DNA of 64,000 bases from Solirubrobacteraceae bacterium (GTDB taxonomy: Bacteria; Actinomycetota; Thermoleophilia; Solirubrobacterales; Solirubrobacteraceae), in assembly GCA_033855845.1 (NCBI GenBank), contig JAWVFR010000078.1, positions 10,013 through 74,012 of the forward strand, in the 5' to 3' direction. The notes beneath the pieces were generated by a model. That model was not told the origin of the DNA and did no database searches. It saw nothing but the letters and a program-made list of their open reading frames with translations. Both the position numbers and the translations under genes were made by a program. Positions 26,818 to 36,051 of the stretch are shown in pieces; position 1 is the stretch's first letter, and each line of letters begins with the position of its first letter.

Positions 26818-27924
26818 ATGCTCGACCCCATGGCGGCGTCAGCGAGGCGGGCCGATGCAGTGGCCGGCCTGGCGGCCGAGCGCGACCTCGACGCCCTGCT
26901 GGTCCGCGAGCCCGTGAACCTGCGCTGGCTCACCGGTTTCACGGGGACCAACGGCCTCGCCGTGGTCGAGGCCCGGCCCGGCGGCGGGCGCCATTTCGTC
27001 ACCGACTTCCGCTACGTCGAGCAGGCCGGGCAGGAGGTGGCGGACTTCGAGCGCCACCGGGGCGAGCGCGACCTGCTCGACGGGCTCGCGGACGTCCTGC
27101 CCTCCGAGCGGCCGCTGCGCCTGGGCTTCGACGACGCGCACGTGTCGGTGCGCGACCACCGGCGCCTGCGCGAGGCGCTGGAGGGCGTGGAGCTGGTGGC
27201 GGCGGGCGGCCTGGTCGAGCGGCTGCGCGCCGTGAAGGACCCCGAGGAGCTGGGGCGCATCCGCGCCGCTGCGGCCCTGGCCGACGACGCGCTGCGGGCG
27301 GTGCTGGAGCAGGGACTGGCCGGGCGGACCGAGGCCGAGGTGGCACTGCAGCTGGAGAGCGAGATGCGCCGGCGCGGCGCGCAGCAGGCCAGCTTCCCGC
27401 CGATCGTGGCGGCCGGGCCGCACGGCGCGCTGCCCCACGCCGAGCCGCGCGACGTCCCGATCCCCGAGCACGCGCTGGTGGTCGTGGACTGGGGGGCACA
27501 GCTCGACGGCTACTGCTCGGACTGCACGCGCACCTTCGCCACCGGTGAGGTGGACGCCGAGGCCCAGGACGTCTACGCGCTGGTGCTGCGCGCCCAGCTC
27601 GCCGGCCTGGACGCCGTGCGGCCCGGCGTCACCGGGCGCGAGGCCGACGCGACGGCGCGGGCGATCATCGAGGAGGCCGGCCACGGGGAGCGCTTCGGTC
27701 ACGGGCTGGGACACGGCGTGGGGCTGGAGGTGCACGAGGCGCCGCGGCTGTCGAAGGCGGGCGAGGACGCCCTGGAGGCCGGGAACGTCGTCACGGTGGA
27801 GCCGGGCGTCTACCTGCCCGGCCGCCTGGGCGTGCGGATCGAGGACCTGGTCGTGGTCACGGACGACGGCCGCGAGGTGCTCAGCTCCCATCCCAAGGAG
27901 CTGGTCTCGGTCGCCGCCGTCTGA
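26818..27924 (+). CDS. pepQ: Xaa-Pro aminopeptidase (M24B)
   Basis: Creatinase-like N-domain; VKDPEELGRIR, DGYCSDCTRTF, HGLGHGVGLEVHE, VEPGVY, RIED. ATG 26818 is in frame with ORF 25435-27924. Confidence 0.88.
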   Translation: MLDPMAASARRADAVAGLAAERDLDALLVREPVNLRWLTGFTGTNGLAVVEARPGGGRHFVTDFRYVEQAGQEVADFERHRGERDLLDGLADVLPSERPLRLGFDDAHVSVRDHRRLREALEGVELVAAGGLVERLRAVKDPEELGRIRAAAALADDALRAVLEQGLAGRTEAEVALQLESEMRRRGAQQASFPPIVAAGPHGALPHAEPRDVPIPEHALVVVDWGAQLDGYCSDCTRTFATGEVDAEAQDVYALVLRAQLAGLDAVRPGVTGREADATARAIIEEAGHGERFGHGLGHGVGLEVHEAPRLSKAGEDALEAGNVVTVEPGVYLPGRLGVRIEDLVVVTDDGREVLSSHPKELVSVAAV

Positions 27925-27977
27925 GCGCGCTCGTGCAGGGAGTGCGGCCGCGCCGGCCGGTCCGTATCCTCGCCGCG

Positions 27978-28988
27978 ATGCATCAGCTTCCGATGTCGAT
28001 CGCCCGCCGGTCCCTTGTCTGGCTCGTCCTGCTCGGCGCCCTGGCGGCGCCCGCCGGGGCCGCCGGTCCGGCGCCCGCGTCGCCGGAGCGCACGGCTGCG
28101 CCCGGGGTGACCGTCGGAGGCGTGCCGGTGGGAGGACTCACCGCCGCGCAAGTCTCCGAGGTGGTGCGCGAGCAGGTGGCCAAGCCGCTGGGCCGGCGCC
28201 TGGTGGTAGCCGTGGGCGCGCGGCGCTTCTCGATCCTCCCGCGCGACGAGGGGGTGACCATCAAGCTCGACCTGCTGGTGGCCCGGGCGATGCGCGCCGC
28301 CGCCGGGCAGGACGTCGCGGTCGTCCCCACCCAGCGTGCGGGCGCGGCCCCGCGGCTGGTGGAGCGCATCCGCCAGGAGGTGTTCCGGTCGCCCGTGAAC
28401 TCCCGGGTCGCGATCTCCATCCGCCGCGTGCGCGCCACGCCGGCCCGCAACGGGCGCGCGCTGGACCGGCCCGGGGCGCTGCGCTTCGCGATCGCCGCCG
28501 CGCTGCGCTCGTGGACGGCGCCGCGCTTCCTGCGCGGCCACACCCGGCCCGTCCGGCCGCGGATCGGCCCGCGACTCCTGCGGGCGATCACCGGTCCGAT
28601 CGTCACCGTCTCGCGCTCCGAGCGCCGCGCGCGCCTGTTCAACCACCTGCGCCTGATCCGCACCTACCGCGTGGCGGTCGGCCAGCCGGCCTGGCCCACG
28701 CCGACCGGGTTGTTCCACGTGCGCTCCAAGGTGGTCAACCCCGCATGGTCGGTCCCCAACTCCTCGTGGGCCGGGAGCCAGGCGGGGCAGACGATCCCCG
28801 GCGGCGCCTCGGGCAACCCGCTGGTCGCGCGCTGGATCGGGATCACCGGATCCGTCGGCTTCCACGGCACCGACAACCCGTGGTCGATCGGGTCCGCGGC
28901 CTCGCACGGCTGCATCCGCATGTACCCCGGAGACGTGATCCGCCTGTACGCCTGGGTGCACATCGGCACCCCGGTGCTGGTCCGCTAG
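27978..28988 (+). CDS. L,D-transpeptidase (YkuD domain)
   Basis: Signal/TM segment, then a C-terminal YkuD domain with catalytic SHGCIRM. Start is ATG 27978; 27933 and 27993 are alternatives. Confidence 0.85.
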   Translation: MHQLPMSIARRSLVWLVLLGALAAPAGAAGPAPASPERTAAPGVTVGGVPVGGLTAAQVSEVVREQVAKPLGRRLVVAVGARRFSILPRDEGVTIKLDLLVARAMRAAAGQDVAVVPTQRAGAAPRLVERIRQEVFRSPVNSRVAISIRRVRATPARNGRALDRPGALRFAIAAALRSWTAPRFLRGHTRPVRPRIGPRLLRAITGPIVTVSRSERRARLFNHLRLIRTYRVAVGQPAWPTPTGLFHVRSKVVNPAWSVPNSSWAGSQAGQTIPGGASGNPLVARWIGITGSVGFHGTDNPWSIGSAASHGCIRMYPGDVIRLYAWVHIGTPVLVR

Positions 28989-29563
28989 CGGCGCAGCTGC
29001 TTGATCCGCAGGCCGCGGCCGGAGTCCTCGATCAGGGCGGCCAGGCGCCGCTCGCGGGTCTCGGGCCGCTTGGCGCTCACCACGAGGTGCAGGGCGGTCC
29101 GGCGATAGCCCGGCGGCTGGGACTGGAAGAACTCCCAGGCGGCGGCGTCCGCCTGGAATCGCTGTTCCTCCTCGGCGGTCAGGCGCGCGTCCTGCGCGCG
29201 CTCGTGGGAGTAGACACCGGTGCGCTCGGGCACGCGGGCCTCGAAGGCGCGCAGCCCGGCCGGGCGCATGCGGCCCTGCGCGGTCAGGTCGGCCACGCGG
29301 GCCACGTTGACGGCGCTCCAGATGCTGCGGGCGCGCCGCGGTGTGAAGCGGATGCTGTAGCGCTCGGCGTCCACGCGCCGGCGCACGCCGTCGATCCAGC
29401 CGAAGCACAGCGCCTCGTCCACGGCCTGGGCCCAGGTGAGGCTCGGGCGGCCGGTGCCCTTGCGATGGAAGCCGACGAGCAGCTCCGAGGCCGACTCGTG
29501 GTGGCGCTCCAGCCAGGCGCGGAACTCCTCGGGATGGGCGAAGAAGACCGGCTCGTCAGGCAC
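28985..29563 (-). CDS. YdeI/OmpD-associated family protein
   Basis: FRAWLERHH...LLVGFHRKGTG.PSLTWAQAVDEALCFGWIDG..RR.D is typical of the YdeI (OmdA) family. Confidence 0.8.
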   Translation of the reverse strand: MPDEPVFFAHPEEFRAWLERHHESASELLVGFHRKGTGRPSLTWAQAVDEALCFGWIDGVRRRVDAERYSIRFTPRRARSIWSAVNVARVADLTAQGRMRPAGLRAFEARVPERTGVYSHERAQDARLTAEEEQRFQADAAAWEFFQSQPPGYRRTALHLVVSAKRPETRERRLAALIEDSGRGLRIKQLRR

Positions 29564-30128
29564 GGGCAGCGGCCGCCGCCTCCTCGAGGCGGTCGTCTCC
29601 CCAGAAAGCCTGGCCGCCGGTCACCACGGCCGGCACGCCCAGGACTCCCGCGGCGTGGGCCTCGTCCGTGGCGGCGCGCAGCTGGTCCTTGACGTCCTGG
29701 CCGGCGGCGGCCTCCAGCGCCGCGCCGGGGTCCATCCCGGCGCCGGAGAAGAACCGCTCGAGCTGCTCCGGAGCGCTGGGGTCGAGCCCCTCGACGTAGT
29801 ACGCGCGAAACGCGGGCACGGCGAATTGCGCGGCGCGTCCCGCGTTGGCGGCCACCGTCGCGGCCCGTCCCAGGTTGGCCGGTGCCTGCGGCCAGGCCTG
29901 GGGCCATCTGACCGGCGGCAGCCCGTAGCGCGCGGCACGCTCCTCGATCTCGGCCATCCGCGCCTCGCGCTCGTCGCCCAGGAACCAGGAGGTGCGGCCG
30001 TTGATCTTCATCAGGCCCGGCAGGAAGATCGGCCGCCACTCCGCCTCCGGGAGCACCCCGTCGATGCGCTCCGCGGCCAGCCAGGCGTAGGCCGAGGCTT
30101 GGTCGTAGTAGAAGACGGGCGGGGCCAC
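29556..30128 (-). CDS. DsbA-family 2-hydroxychromene-2-carboxylate isomerase-like protein
   Basis: Thioredoxin-fold protein of HCCA-isomerase type (FYYDQASAYAW, GVLGVPAVVTGGQAFWGDDRL). No CxxC motif. Confidence 0.75.
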   Translation of the reverse strand: MAPPVFYYDQASAYAWLAAERIDGVLPEAEWRPIFLPGLMKINGRTSWFLGDEREARMAEIEERAARYGLPPVRWPQAWPQAPANLGRAATVAANAGRAAQFAVPAFRAYYVEGLDPSAPEQLERFFSGAGMDPGAALEAAAGQDVKDQLRAATDEAHAAGVLGVPAVVTGGQAFWGDDRLEEAAAAARA

Positions 30129-30137
30129 GATGCGACT

Positions 30138-31103
30138 CTAGACCGCGGCGCTGTGGGTGTGCCAGTAGAGCAGCGGGCCCTCGCCGGGCAGCCCGGCGAG
30201 CGCCGCGGCCAGGGCCTTGCCGGTGTAGACGTCCTCCAGTTCCAGATCCGCTTCCCGGGCCGCCAGGCCGATGGCCTCGCGGCCCTCGGGGGTCGGGTGG
30301 CCGTAGCCGGCGCCCATGAACCCCGCGACCACCTGCACCTCGGCGGGCGCGACGTCCTGGACCGCCGCGCCGCGATCGGCCAGCAAGCGCAGCGTGCGCC
30401 CGGCCAGCTTCAGGACCACCTTCTCGGAGAGCTTGAGCTTGTCGTTGACCAGCACCGCATAGACCCGGGTCTGCAGGCCGGCCAGGCGCAGGCCGGCCAC
30501 CAGCCCGGCGGCGCTGCCCCCGGAGCCCAGCGCCAGGACGATCGCCTCGGGCTCGGGCAGCTCCCCGGCCCGCACCTGCTCGCCCAGCTCCAGCGCCGCC
30601 TCCACGAAGCCCACAGCGCCCACCGCCGAGGACCCGCCCGGCGGCACGCGGTAGGGCCGGTAGCGGGCCAGCAGGTAGGGGAGGGCGAGGACGGTGCGCG
30701 CGGTGGTGTGCGTGAAGTGGAGCCGGGCCCCGCTGGCCCGCAGGCGCTCGAGCTGAGCCGCGACGTGCTCGTCCACGGGCTGGTCCACCAGGGCCAGGAC
30801 GCAGTCCATTCCCAGCTCGCGCGCGTAGAGGGCGGTGGCCAGGCCGTGGTTGGTCCCCAGGCCGCCGAAGCTCAGGACGGTCCGCGATCCCCGGGACCGG
30901 GCGTCCCCGAGGATCCACTCCAGCTTGCGCGGCTTGTTGCCGCCCCACAGCGGCGCCGAGCGCGCGTCGTCCTTGACCCACAACTCGCGACCTCGCTCCA
31001 GGCCGCTCAGCCGCCGTACGGGAGTCGGAAGGTCGCACAGCTCCGCGCGGGGGAGGGTGCTCGCGAGCGCGGGGAACCGGGCGTGGAGGAGCGAGCCGCT
31101 CAC
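30138..31103 (-). CDS. PLP-dependent ACC deaminase / D-cysteine desulfhydrase family protein
   Basis: LPTPV, WGGNKPRKLEWIL (PLP lysine motif), GGLGTNH, GSGGSAAGL. Confidence 0.85.
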   Translation of the reverse strand: MSGSLLHARFPALASTLPRAELCDLPTPVRRLSGLERGRELWVKDDARSAPLWGGNKPRKLEWILGDARSRGSRTVLSFGGLGTNHGLATALYARELGMDCVLALVDQPVDEHVAAQLERLRASGARLHFTHTTARTVLALPYLLARYRPYRVPPGGSSAVGAVGFVEAALELGEQVRAGELPEPEAIVLALGSGGSAAGLVAGLRLAGLQTRVYAVLVNDKLKLSEKVVLKLAGRTLRLLADRGAAVQDVAPAEVQVVAGFMGAGYGHPTPEGREAIGLAAREADLELEDVYTGKALAAALAGLPGEGPLLYWHTHSAAV

Positions 31104-31152
31104 GGGTGGCGCAGGCTATCCGCCCGCAAGCGCGGCCATGCGAAACTGACCC

Positions 31153-32418
31153 ATGAGCCCGATCAAGCCGACGGTCCAGGTTGTGGGCCGCCGAGACGAG
31201 CCCGTCGACCACCGGCTGCGCGACTTCCTCACGCGGATCGCGCAGCCGTACGAGTGGCTGGAGGCCGACTCGCCCGCGGCGCAGGAGCTGCTGGCCCGCC
31301 TCGGCCTGTCCGATCCGCCCCTGCCCGTCCTGGTGGACGGGGACGAGGTGCACACCGGCCTCACCGTGGAGCGGCTCGTCGAGGCCTGGCGGCACGACGC
31401 GGCTCCCGCGCGGGAGTACTACGACTTCGCGATCGTCGGCGCCGGCCCCGCGGGGCTCGCCGCCGCGGTGTACGGCGCCTCGGACGGCCTGTCCACGATC
31501 GTGCTGGAGAGCGACGTCCCCGGCGGCCAGGCCACCCACACGTCGCTGATCGAGAACTTCTTCGGTTTCCCCGACGGGATCGGAGGCGCCGAGTTGGCCC
31601 GGATGGCCGGCCGCCAGGCCGAGCGCTTCGGGGCCGAGGTGATGGTCCGGCGCGGCGTGCTCGGCAGCCGTCTCACCGCGGCGGGCGAGGCGATCCTCGA
31701 GGTCGACGGCGGCTTCGAGATCACCGCGTCGGTCGTCCTCGCCGCGCCGGGGATGACGTGGCGGCGGCTCGACGTCGAGGGTGTCGACGAGCTCCTGGAC
31801 CGCGGCGTCTACTACGGGGCCGGCCGCAGCGAGGCCGCCCGCTGCGGGGGCGACGACGTCGTGGTCATCGGCGCCGGCAACTCCGCCGGCCAGGCCGTCC
31901 TCAACCTGTCCCATGCGGGCGCGCGGGTCAAGCTGGTCGTGCGCGGCGACCGCCTCGGCAAGACGATGTCCGCGTACCTGGTGGACCGGGTCGAACGCGA
32001 TCCGGGCATCGACGTGCGGCTGCGCACGCAGGTGACGGTGGTCCACCAGCGCGACGGTCACCTGGGCGCGGTGACGCTCACGAACGCGGACGGCGACACC
32101 GAGACGCTGCCCGCGCTCGCCCTGTTCATCTGCATCGGCGGCCGGCCCCGGACCGCGTGGGCGCCCGAGACCCACGTCGAGCTGGACCCGGCCGGCTACA
32201 TCCTCACCGGCCCCGACCTCCTGCGCGAAGGCCGGCGCCCGGACGGCTGGGAGCTGGACCGCGACCCCCTGGCCCTGGAGACCACCGTGCCGGGACTGTT
32301 CGCGGCCGGCGACGCGCGCCACGGCTCGACCAAGCGGGTCGCGGGCGCCGTGGGCGAGGGGTCGATGGCCGCCGCCCTCGCGTTCCGCCGGCTGGCGGAG
32401 CTGGGCATCGCGGCTTAG
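31153..32418 (+). CDS. FAD-dependent thioredoxin-reductase-like oxidoreductase with N-terminal thioredoxin-fold domain
   Basis: About 95-aa N-domain without Cys, then IVGAGPAGLAAAVY (FAD), VIGAGNSAGQA (NAD(P)H) and GLFAAGDAR. No CxxC redox pair seen. Confidence 0.8.
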   Translation: MSPIKPTVQVVGRRDEPVDHRLRDFLTRIAQPYEWLEADSPAAQELLARLGLSDPPLPVLVDGDEVHTGLTVERLVEAWRHDAAPAREYYDFAIVGAGPAGLAAAVYGASDGLSTIVLESDVPGGQATHTSLIENFFGFPDGIGGAELARMAGRQAERFGAEVMVRRGVLGSRLTAAGEAILEVDGGFEITASVVLAAPGMTWRRLDVEGVDELLDRGVYYGAGRSEAARCGGDDVVVIGAGNSAGQAVLNLSHAGARVKLVVRGDRLGKTMSAYLVDRVERDPGIDVRLRTQVTVVHQRDGHLGAVTLTNADGDTETLPALALFICIGGRPRTAWAPETHVELDPAGYILTGPDLLREGRRPDGWELDRDPLALETTVPGLFAAGDARHGSTKRVAGAVGEGSMAAALAFRRLAELGIAA

Positions 32419-32424
32419 GCGGCG

Positions 32425-32628
32425 TCACACGCGGGCATAGCGGAACTTCCCGCGCACGTGCGCGGCGAAGAACTTGCCGTGGGACTCGGCCCGCATCAGC
32501 TCCTCGTGGACCCGCTCAGGAACGTCGAAGTACCGGTAGACGCCACCGCTGGTGAACTCGATCTCCAGCGTCGAGTCCTCATAGCCCACCTGGGCGATGG
32601 CTTTGGATCTGACCGGCACCCGCTCCAT
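32425..32628 (-). CDS. KTSC domain protein
   Basis: 67 aa: VRSKAIAQVGYEDSTLEIEFTSGGVYRYFDVPERVHEELMRAESHGKFF matches the KTSC pattern. Confidence 0.7.
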   Translation of the reverse strand: MERVPVRSKAIAQVGYEDSTLEIEFTSGGVYRYFDVPERVHEELMRAESHGKFFAAHVRGKFRYARV

Positions 32629-32663
32629 CGGTCCTCCGATCGCTCAGGGTACCCTTCGCCGCC

Positions 32664-33224
32664 GTGATCTCGACCAACCAGTTCAAGAATGGCAATCACA
32701 TCGACGTGGAGGGGACGATCTTCAAGATCGTCGAGTTCCAGCACGTCAAGCCGGGCAAGGGGGGCGCGTTCGTGCGCACGAAGCTGCGCCGGTCCTCCGA
32801 CGGCGCGGTGATCGACCGGACGTTCCGGGCCGGGGAGAAGTTCCGCTCAGTGCGGACCGAGGCGCGCAAGATGCAGTTCCTCTACGCGGACGGGACCGAC
32901 GCGCACTTCATGGACTCCCAGTCCTACGAGCAGATGGCGATCCCGGAGGCCACGCTGGCCGAGCCGCTGCGCTGGCTCAAGCCCTCCGACGACGTCGACG
33001 TCCTCTTCATCGACGACCAGCCCGCCGACCTCCAGCTGCCCAGCGCGGTCAACCTCCAGGTCACGCAGACCGAGCCGGGCGTGAAGGGCGACACCGCGTC
33101 CGGCGGCGGCAACAAGCCCGCCACGCTCGAGACCGGAGCCACCATCCAGGTCCCCCTCTTCATCGAAGAGGGCGAGTCGATCCGCGTCGACACCCGCTCC
33201 GGCGAGTACGTCTCGCGGGCCTGA
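32664..33224 (+). CDS. efp: elongation factor P
   Basis: ISTNQFKNGNHIDVEG..FKIVEFQHVKPGKGGAFVRTKLR. 186 aa. Confidence 0.95.
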   Translation: MISTNQFKNGNHIDVEGTIFKIVEFQHVKPGKGGAFVRTKLRRSSDGAVIDRTFRAGEKFRSVRTEARKMQFLYADGTDAHFMDSQSYEQMAIPEATLAEPLRWLKPSDDVDVLFIDDQPADLQLPSAVNLQVTQTEPGVKGDTASGGGNKPATLETGATIQVPLFIEEGESIRVDTRSGEYVSRA

Positions 33225-33275
33225 CGTAACAAACCGCGCCCGCGCCGCAACCCCCGGCGCCCCATCCTGGGGTGG

Positions 33276-34220
33276 GTGGACGACGAGATCGCGATAAGGC
33301 CCCATAGTGGGGCAAAATCACGATCGGACCTGGAGATCCTGGCGCTGGCGGAGGCTCAGCATGGGCTCGTTTCCCGCGTGCAGCTGCTGCGGATCGGGCT
33401 TGGCCGGCGGGCCCTGCAGTACCGGTTGAGGACCGGGCGGCTGGTGGCGGTCCGGCGCGGCGTCTACGCGGTCGGCCACCGGCCCTCGACGGTCGCCGCT
33501 CGCTGGATGACGGCGGTGCTTGCGGTGGGAGAGGACGCGGTGCTGAGCCATCGCTCCGCGGCCGCACTCTTGGGTCTCAGGATGACGGCACGCGCGCAGA
33601 TCGACGTCACCGTTCCGCGCCGGCTGCACGCCTCGCCCGGCATCCACCTCCACCGAACCGCGCTGGCGCCAGACGAAACCGGCCGTCACGACGGGATCCC
33701 CGTCACCACCGCCGCCCGCACCCTCCTCGACCTCGCCGCCACCCTCGACCGTCACCGCCTGAAGCGAGCCCTCGAGCAGGCGGAGATGCTGCGCCTGACC
33801 GACCAGACCTCCCTCCAAACCCTCACAACCCGCCACGCCCACCGTCCCGGCACCCCCGCACTGAGCCAACTCCTCGATGCCGGAGCCCTGGACCAGGCCC
33901 CGACCCGCAGCGAGCTCGAGGACCGCTTCCTCGCCTTCCTCGACGCCCACCGGCTGCCGCGACCGACGACCAACGCGACGATCCGCACCGGCCAAAGCAC
34001 CATCGAGGTCGACTTCCTCTGGCCCCATGCCCGCCTGATCGCCGAGCTCGACGGCCACACATTCCACGGCCACCGCCAGGCCTTCGAGCGCGACCGCCTC
34101 CGAGACCGCCGGCTCCAGACGGAGGGGTGGCGCGTCATCCGGATCACCTGGCGCCAGCTGCACCGCGAGCCCGAAGCCCTCGCCGCCGACCTGAGGCTCC
34201 TCCTGAGGCGGACTGACTAA
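33276..34220 (+). CDS. DUF559 / Vsr-like endonuclease-domain protein with AbiEi-like N-terminus
   Basis: GLVSRVQLLRIGLGRRALQYRLRTGRLVAVRRGVYAVG. C-terminal IEVDFLWP...IAELDG..FH......D..RD..L...GW.V.R.TW. Low-GC 5' flank. Confidence 0.75.
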   Translation: MDDEIAIRPHSGAKSRSDLEILALAEAQHGLVSRVQLLRIGLGRRALQYRLRTGRLVAVRRGVYAVGHRPSTVAARWMTAVLAVGEDAVLSHRSAAALLGLRMTARAQIDVTVPRRLHASPGIHLHRTALAPDETGRHDGIPVTTAARTLLDLAATLDRHRLKRALEQAEMLRLTDQTSLQTLTTRHAHRPGTPALSQLLDAGALDQAPTRSELEDRFLAFLDAHRLPRPTTNATIRTGQSTIEVDFLWPHARLIAELDGHTFHGHRQAFERDRLRDRRLQTEGWRVIRITWRQLHREPEALAADLRLLLRRTD

Positions 34221-34232
34221 CCTCGAAGCCGG

Positions 34233-34634
34233 ATGCGCAGGCGCGATCAGCGGCGGGCGGCGGTGTTCGCCCTCTATCAGCAGGACGCCACGGGGCAGGC
34301 GCTCGACGACGCGCTGCCCCGCGACGCCCACGCCTTCACGCGGGCGCTCGCGCACGGGGTCGACGAGCACCGGGAGGAGCTCGACGGACTGATCGAGCGC
34401 CACGCCGAGGGGTGGTCCGTCGACCGGATCGCGCCGCTGGAGCGGGCGATCCTGCGCACCGCCCTGTACGAGCTGCTGCATCCCGGCGACATCCCCGGTG
34501 AGACTCCCATCCCGCCCGAGGGAGCGATCGACGAGGCGGTGGAGACCGCGAAGACCTTCTGCGGCGCCCAGGCCCCGGGGTTCGTCAACGGCATCCTGGG
34601 CGCCGTCCTGCGCGACGCTCGCGCCGCCGGGTGA
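34233..34634 (+). CDS. nusB: transcription antitermination factor NusB
   Basis: RRAAVFALYQ, LERAILR.ALYEL, DEAVETAK.F and FVNGILG motifs. 133 aa. Confidence 0.9.
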   Translation: MRRRDQRRAAVFALYQQDATGQALDDALPRDAHAFTRALAHGVDEHREELDGLIERHAEGWSVDRIAPLERAILRTALYELLHPGDIPGETPIPPEGAIDEAVETAKTFCGAQAPGFVNGILGAVLRDARAAG

Positions 34635-34956
34635 GGCAGCACTGGCTCAAGGCGCTGGGGTCGGCCACCTCGCCGCTGCCCGACGCGTGGCTGGAGGACG
34701 GCGGCGCGCAGCGGCGGCTCGGCCGCACCGGCTTCCCGCGCCGGCCGCGCATGGAGCCCGGCGACCGCCTCGTCTACTACGCCTAGGTGTGGCGCCGGGT
34801 CTTCGCCGTCGCCGAGGTCCTCGAGCCCTCACCAACGCCCCGCCGGTCGAGGCCATCGGGATCGCGCCGCGCTCGATGAGCCAGCAGTCCCACATCCGGC
34901 TGCGTCCCGAGCAGTACGAGCCCGCGGTCGAGGTCCTGGCCTCAGTGGCGGCGTAG
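34631..34956 (+). pseudogene. decayed gene of unknown family (in-frame TAG plus frameshift)
   Basis: The GTG 34631 frame reads ...RMEPGDRLVYYA then TAG (34784-34786) then VWRRVFAVAEVLEP. A protein-like tail continues in another frame (PVEAIGIAPRSMSQQSHIRLRPEQYEPAVEVL, stop 34956). Confidence 0.4.
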
Positions 34957-34968
34957 GATCACCATCGC

Positions 34969-35169
34969 ATGACCGAATCCGCAGACCTCGACGTGCTGGT
35001 GGGCGACCTGGAGAAGGCCGCCGCCCAGCTGCGCTCCGGGGAGCTCGACCCCGACGGCGCGGCCGCGCTGGTGGACGAGTGCGCCCGCCTGGCCTCGCGC
35101 GCCGCGGCCGAGCTGGACCGCCAAGCCCGCGCGGCCGAGCCGCCGCCCGGCCAGGACTCCCTCCTGTAG
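34969..35169 (+). CDS. xseB: exodeoxyribonuclease VII small subunit
   Basis: 66 aa, helical, with LVGDLEKAAAQLRSGELDPDGAAALVDEC. Directly abuts the polyprenyl synthase gene, as in the E. coli xseB-ispA-dxs operon. Confidence 0.75.
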   Translation: MTESADLDVLVGDLEKAAAQLRSGELDPDGAAALVDECARLASRAAAELDRQARAAEPPPGQDSLL

Positions 35170-36051
35170 ATGAGCGACTCCGGCTATCCCGACGAGCTGC
35201 GGCTCGAGGTCGAGCGCTACCTGGAGACGCTGCGCTTCGCCCGCGAGCCGGCCACCACGGGCCTGGAGGAGGCGATGCGTTACAGCCTCCTGGCGGGTGG
35301 CAAGCGCATCCGCCCGGTCCTGGCGCTGGCCACGGCCCGAGCCGTCGGCCGCGACCCGCGGACGGTCATGCCCCTGGCCGCGGCCATCGAGCTGATCCAC
35401 ACCTACTCGCTGATCCACGACGACCTTCCGGCGATGGACGACGACGACCTGCGCCGCGGCGAGCCGACCTGCCACCGCAAGTTCGGCGAGGACGTGGCCA
35501 TCCTGGCGGGCGACGGCCTGTACGCGGAGGCGTTCCGACTCGTGCTCACCGAGCAGGAGGGGGACCCCGACCGCATCCTGGCCGCCGTCCGCGAGCTGGC
35601 CGCCGCCACGGGCGTGGACGGGATGGTCGGCGGCCAGTACCTGGACGTGGCCGACAGCGCGCCCGGCGGCGCGGACGGCCTGCGCCGGCTGCACGAGCTC
35701 AAGACCGGGCGACTGATCGGGGCGTCCGTCGAGTGCGTGCTGGTACTCGGCGACACCAGTGGACCTGCGACAATCGCCTACCGTGCCTTCGCCGCCGAGC
35801 TCGGCGTGCTGTTTCAGATCGTGGACGACATCCTGGACGTAACCGGAACCGACGCCGACCTCGGCAAGCCCGCCCGCTCAGACGAGCGACACGGCAAGCG
35901 TACGTACGTCACGGAGTTCGGCCTGGAGGGCGCCCGGTCGCTGGCCGGGGAGTCCCACGCCAAGGCGAGCGCCGCGCTGCAGGCGGCCGCCGCCGGCCGC
36001 GCCGTCGAGCTCCGGCAGATCACCGACTTCATCTACACCCGCACCTCGTGA
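35170..36051 (+). CDS. ispA: polyprenyl (farnesyl/geranylgeranyl) diphosphate synthase
   Basis: GGKRIRP, first DDxxD in LIHDDLPAMDDDDLRRG, second in FQIVDDILD. Confidence 0.88.
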   Translation: MSDSGYPDELRLEVERYLETLRFAREPATTGLEEAMRYSLLAGGKRIRPVLALATARAVGRDPRTVMPLAAAIELIHTYSLIHDDLPAMDDDDLRRGEPTCHRKFGEDVAILAGDGLYAEAFRLVLTEQEGDPDRILAAVRELAAATGVDGMVGGQYLDVADSAPGGADGLRRLHELKTGRLIGASVECVLVLGDTSGPATIAYRAFAAELGVLFQIVDDILDVTGTDADLGKPARSDERHGKRTYVTEFGLEGARSLAGESHAKASAALQAAAAGRAVELRQITDFIYTRTS

